A DNA stretch of 64,000 bases from Bacteroidetes bacterium QS_3_64_15 (lineage in GTDB: Bacteria > Bacteroidota > Rhodothermia > Rhodothermales > Salinibacteraceae): positions 1,108 through 65,107 of the forward strand of contig PXTN01000131.1 in the NCBI GenBank assembly GCA_003022565.1. Reading direction: 5' to 3'. The first letter of the stretch is position 1, and every line of letters begins with the position of its first letter. The notes beneath the pieces are model-generated. The model saw only the letters and a program-made list of their open reading frames with translations, made no database searches and had not been told where the DNA came from. Shown here piece by piece: positions 60,932 to 64,000 of the stretch. The translations under genes were made by a program, and so were the position numbers.

Positions 60932-61396
60932 CTAGAGGAACAGCGTCGGCATCGAGCCGGGCCCGAAGGCCCATTCCCCGAGCGCGTACAGCGACGGCCA
61001 GCCGCCCACCAGGATGATGACCGCCGTCACCGCCCCGAGGGTCCAGAACAGCTTCTTCTGCTTGGGGCTCCAGCCCAAAAAGTCGATGAGCACGATCCGG
61101 AGGCCGTTCATCGCGTGGTACGCCACGGCCACCAGTAGGGCGAACTCGCCCACCTTATAGATGGGGCTGTGGTACTTGGCGATGAGCGCGTTGAAGGTCT
61201 CCGGGTCGGTCAGCGCTGTCAGGCCCCAGATGTGGATGATGAGATAGACGACAAGTCCCACCCCGGTAAGGCGGTGCATCATCCACGCGAACATGCCGGT
61301 GCGAATGCGGTAGCGCTGGAACCGGCGTTCTTGCTGGGCAGTCGCATCCGTCTTCGAGGCGGTTGCCGTGGGACGTTCTTCGGTGTCAACGGCCAT
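60932..61396 (-). CDS. sdhC: Succinate dehydrogenase cytochrome b subunit
   Basis: WMMHRLTG, YHAMNGLRI..IDF. Confidence 0.93.
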   Translation of the reverse strand: MAVDTEERPTATASKTDATAQQERRFQRYRIRTGMFAWMMHRLTGVGLVVYLIIHIWGLTALTDPETFNALIAKYHSPIYKVGEFALLVAVAYHAMNGLRIVLIDFLGWSPKQKKLFWTLGAVTAVIILVGGWPSLYALGEWAFGPGSMPTLFL

Positions 61397-61507
61397 AGGA
61401 CTGTAGAGGTCGTGGCGAAGCGATACTACCAGAGAGGGCTGAGGCGCACGCAATGCGCAGCACTCCGTTCCGTGCGGAGGTGATCTGTTTCGGAAACCGA
61501 ACAGGGC

Positions 61508-62674
61508 TTATCGCTCCTCGACCGGAACCACGGTTCGGTTGCGGGCCCCCACGTACTGGGCGCGCGGCCGGATTAGGCGGTTGTCGGCCCACTGCTCCAG
61601 GAGATGGGCCGTCCAGCCGGCCGTGCGGCTCAGGGCGAAGATCGTGGTGAACAGTTCGGGATCGAGGCCAAGCTGGTAGTAGGTGGAGCCGCTGAAGAAA
61701 TCGACGTTGGGATCGATGCCCACCTCCTCCTCCATCGTCTCGTGGATGGCAGTGGTGTACTTGTACCATTTCATCTCGCCCGCCTCTTCGCTCAGCTCCT
61801 TCACCATGTCGCGCAGGATGGCGGCTCGGGGATCCATGGTGTTGTACACGCGGTGCCCGAAGCCCATGATGCGCTCCCCGTCGGCGAGGCGCTCCCGCAC
61901 GTACTCGGCCGGGTCAGCGCCTCTCTCGTCCACTTCCATCAGCATGCGCATCACCTCTTGGTTGGCCCCACCGTGCAGCGGCCCCTTGAGGGCGCCGATG
62001 GCCCCCGACACCGCCGAGTACATGTCCGCAAGGGTGGAGCCGATAACGCGGCTGGTGAACGTCGAGGCGTTCAGGCCGTGGTCGGCGTGCAGCACGAGGC
62101 AGACGTCAAACGTCTTCTCCGCCGCCTCGCCCGGCTCTTCCCCGTTGAGCATGTAGAGGAAGTTATGCGCCATCGATTCACGATCGAGGGGATCGACCGG
62201 GTCCTTCCCCTTCCGGAGCCGGGCAAAGGCGGCGATGATCGTCGGGATCTGTGCCAGGATGCGGTCGGCCTTCCGATGGTTAGCGGCTTCCTCCATCGTG
62301 TCGGCCTCGTCGCCGTAAAGCCCCAGGGCCGACACTGCCGTGCGCAGGACCGCCATGGGGTGGGCATCGTCGGGCGTGTTGCGCAGGAGATCCAGCACCG
62401 GGGCCGGCAGGACTCGCTCGCTGCGCAGGTGCGCCGTAAAGTCGTCAAGGTCGTCCTGAGTGGGCAGCTCGCCGTGCCGAAGCAAGTAGACGACCTCCTC
62501 GAAGGTGGCGTGCTCGGCCAGGTCGTGGATGTTGTATCCCCGATAGACGAGCTCTCCCTTGTCTCCATCGATCGAGGAAAGCTCGGATTCGAGGGCAATC
62601 ACGCCTTCGAGGCCCCGTGCTTTGATGGGCGCTTCGTCGGTTGTCAGTTCTGTTACAGTTTCTTGGTCAGCCAT
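61508..62674 (-). CDS. gltA: Citrate synthase
   Basis: GLEGV, YRGY, HADHGLNAST, GPLHGGAN, GFGHRVY, DPR, PNVDF, LIRP. Confidence 0.97.
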   Translation of the reverse strand: MADQETVTELTTDEAPIKARGLEGVIALESELSSIDGDKGELVYRGYNIHDLAEHATFEEVVYLLRHGELPTQDDLDDFTAHLRSERVLPAPVLDLLRNTPDDAHPMAVLRTAVSALGLYGDEADTMEEAANHRKADRILAQIPTIIAAFARLRKGKDPVDPLDRESMAHNFLYMLNGEEPGEAAEKTFDVCLVLHADHGLNASTFTSRVIGSTLADMYSAVSGAIGALKGPLHGGANQEVMRMLMEVDERGADPAEYVRERLADGERIMGFGHRVYNTMDPRAAILRDMVKELSEEAGEMKWYKYTTAIHETMEEEVGIDPNVDFFSGSTYYQLGLDPELFTTIFALSRTAGWTAHLLEQWADNRLIRPRAQYVGARNRTVVPVEER

Positions 62675-63526
62675 ATCGGGTAGAATGTATGTGAGCCGAA
62701 GTGCGTCGTGGAGTGGCGGTGGAAGCGAGTCGACAGTCCCCAAGCGGCTGGGACTGCGGGAAGGGTGAGACGGATGTTCACGGAAGGACCTGTGGCATCG
62801 TCGTGGATTTTGTCTTGGAGGGGCCTCGGGGGCGTCGGCCCGGCCCCTTCGACAGCGCTTCCGCATAGAACCAAAAGGGTCGCGTGAGCGCGGGTTTCAC
62901 TTCAGCCGTGAGTTCTTCTTTGAGTCTATTCCATCACACAAGATGTGGGCGAGACGTGCCCGCGAATTTTGATTTAAGGGGTGCAGGGACTGGGTATTGA
63001 TGGACTGATCGCCGCCGGGATCATCTGAGCGGGGGAAACAATACCTTAAACAACAGAGAACGTCCGCCGGGTCGTCCCGGTGGGCGTGAGGGATGCCGAT
63101 CTGATTTCCGCGAGCGGCCGCGAATGTGCCGCTCGTCGGCCGAGATCGGAGCGTACGGACGTGCGGGCCGATCGCTCTGCATGGCAGATGCGCGGTCTGC
63201 GCTTCCGTCGCGCTGCTGACGTCTCCTCGGCTCCGTAGTGGGCATCCCCCTCATTCAACGGCCCCCGACATGTTCGGGGCAGCCTCCTTGTTCGAACCTT
63301 TGCTCACGAGTCAATTCGTGTCCGAGCACCCGGCGCCGGCACAGGACGCGCCGACGCATCGCACAGCGATGCCCTGCGGTCGGTCGTTGCACGACGGCGG
63401 CCCGCCGTCCTGGTGGTAGTTCCGTTCGGTTCCCTCGTTGTTGTTCCTTTTGACTGATGCCGCGAGTTGTCCGTTGGACCCATAGCTGCCAGCCGGCCCG
63501 GGGGCAGGCACACCCCAACCCTACGT

Positions 63527-64000
63527 ATGTCCAAAGAAATTGTCTTCAACGTCGGCACACAGCAGACACGCATCGCCATCGTCGAAGATGGCAAGCTCGT
63601 TGAACTGTACATCGAGAATGCCGAGCACAAGCGCACGATCGGCAACTTGTACCTTGGGCGGATCCGCAAGGTGATGCCCAGCATCCAGGCGGCGTTCGTG
63701 GACGTGGGGCAGGAGCAGGATGCGTTCCTCCACTTCTCAGACCTGTCCGACAACCTGCCCTACCTGCTCGACTTCCTCGGTCTCGAAGAGCCGCACGTCG
63801 CGGACATCGACGTGCCGAAGGGGAGAAAAGACTGGGACAAGCGCCCCTCCGACATCCTGAATCGAGGCCAGACCATCCTCGTCCAGATTACCAAGGAGCC
63901 CATCTCGAACAAGGGCAGCCGCATCTCGACGGACATCTCCCTGGCTGGGCGCTTCCTGGTGCTGGTGCCTCTCCAGAACTACGTCGCCGTCTCGCGCAAA
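63527..64000 (+). CDS. RNase E/G-family ribonuclease, partial (runs off window)
   Basis: MSKEIVFNV...TRIAIVEDGKLVEL, GNLYLG, AAFVDVG, AFLHFSD, VQITKEPISNKG. Confidence 0.95.
   Translation, partial: MSKEIVFNVGTQQTRIAIVEDGKLVELYIENAEHKRTIGNLYLGRIRKVMPSIQAAFVDVGQEQDAFLHFSDLSDNLPYLLDFLGLEEPHVADIDVPKGRKDWDKRPSDILNRGQTILVQITKEPISNKGSRISTDISLAGRFLVLVPLQNYVAVSRK

Overview
GC-rich chromosomal window from an extremely halophilic Rhodothermota/Bacteroidota bacterium, most likely Salinibacter-like. This is inferred from the very acidic proteins, the Bacteroidota-type gene order and the protein variants. It is the replication-origin region: a DnaA-box-rich oriC with trio-like repeats lies at about 45.2-45.65 kb with no dnaA beside it, and a parS cluster sits in and around rsmG-mnmG. 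recF, dnaB and dnaN are dispersed. Housekeeping blocks are yceD-rpmF-plsX-fabH-fabD-fabG, rplM-rpsI-rpsB-tsf-pyrH-frr-tRNA-Ser-yicC-gmk-rpoZ-coaBC-udg-dnaB, rpmB-rpmG with three tRNAs, SRP RNA-yajC-ribB, gltA-sdhCDAB and the start of rne/rng. The main points of interest are: (1) an exported, membrane-anchored TPR-CHAT (caspase-like) protease and, 47 kb away, an ECF sigma factor with a membrane anti-sigma-like TPR protein carrying an exposed L-R-G site, together a candidate proteolytic signalling system; (2) a 162-bp palindromic MITE-like element that replaces the start of gmk; (3) families of inverted heptamer/octamer tandem-repeat hairpins placed at gene junctions; (4) enzymes lacking their canonical cysteines (family-4 UDG, the RibA domain, CoaC); and (5) an orphan comA, an orphan DUF2442 gene, an IS630 remnant and two candidate structured RNAs. 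All product calls come from motif recognition by eye; no database searches were run.
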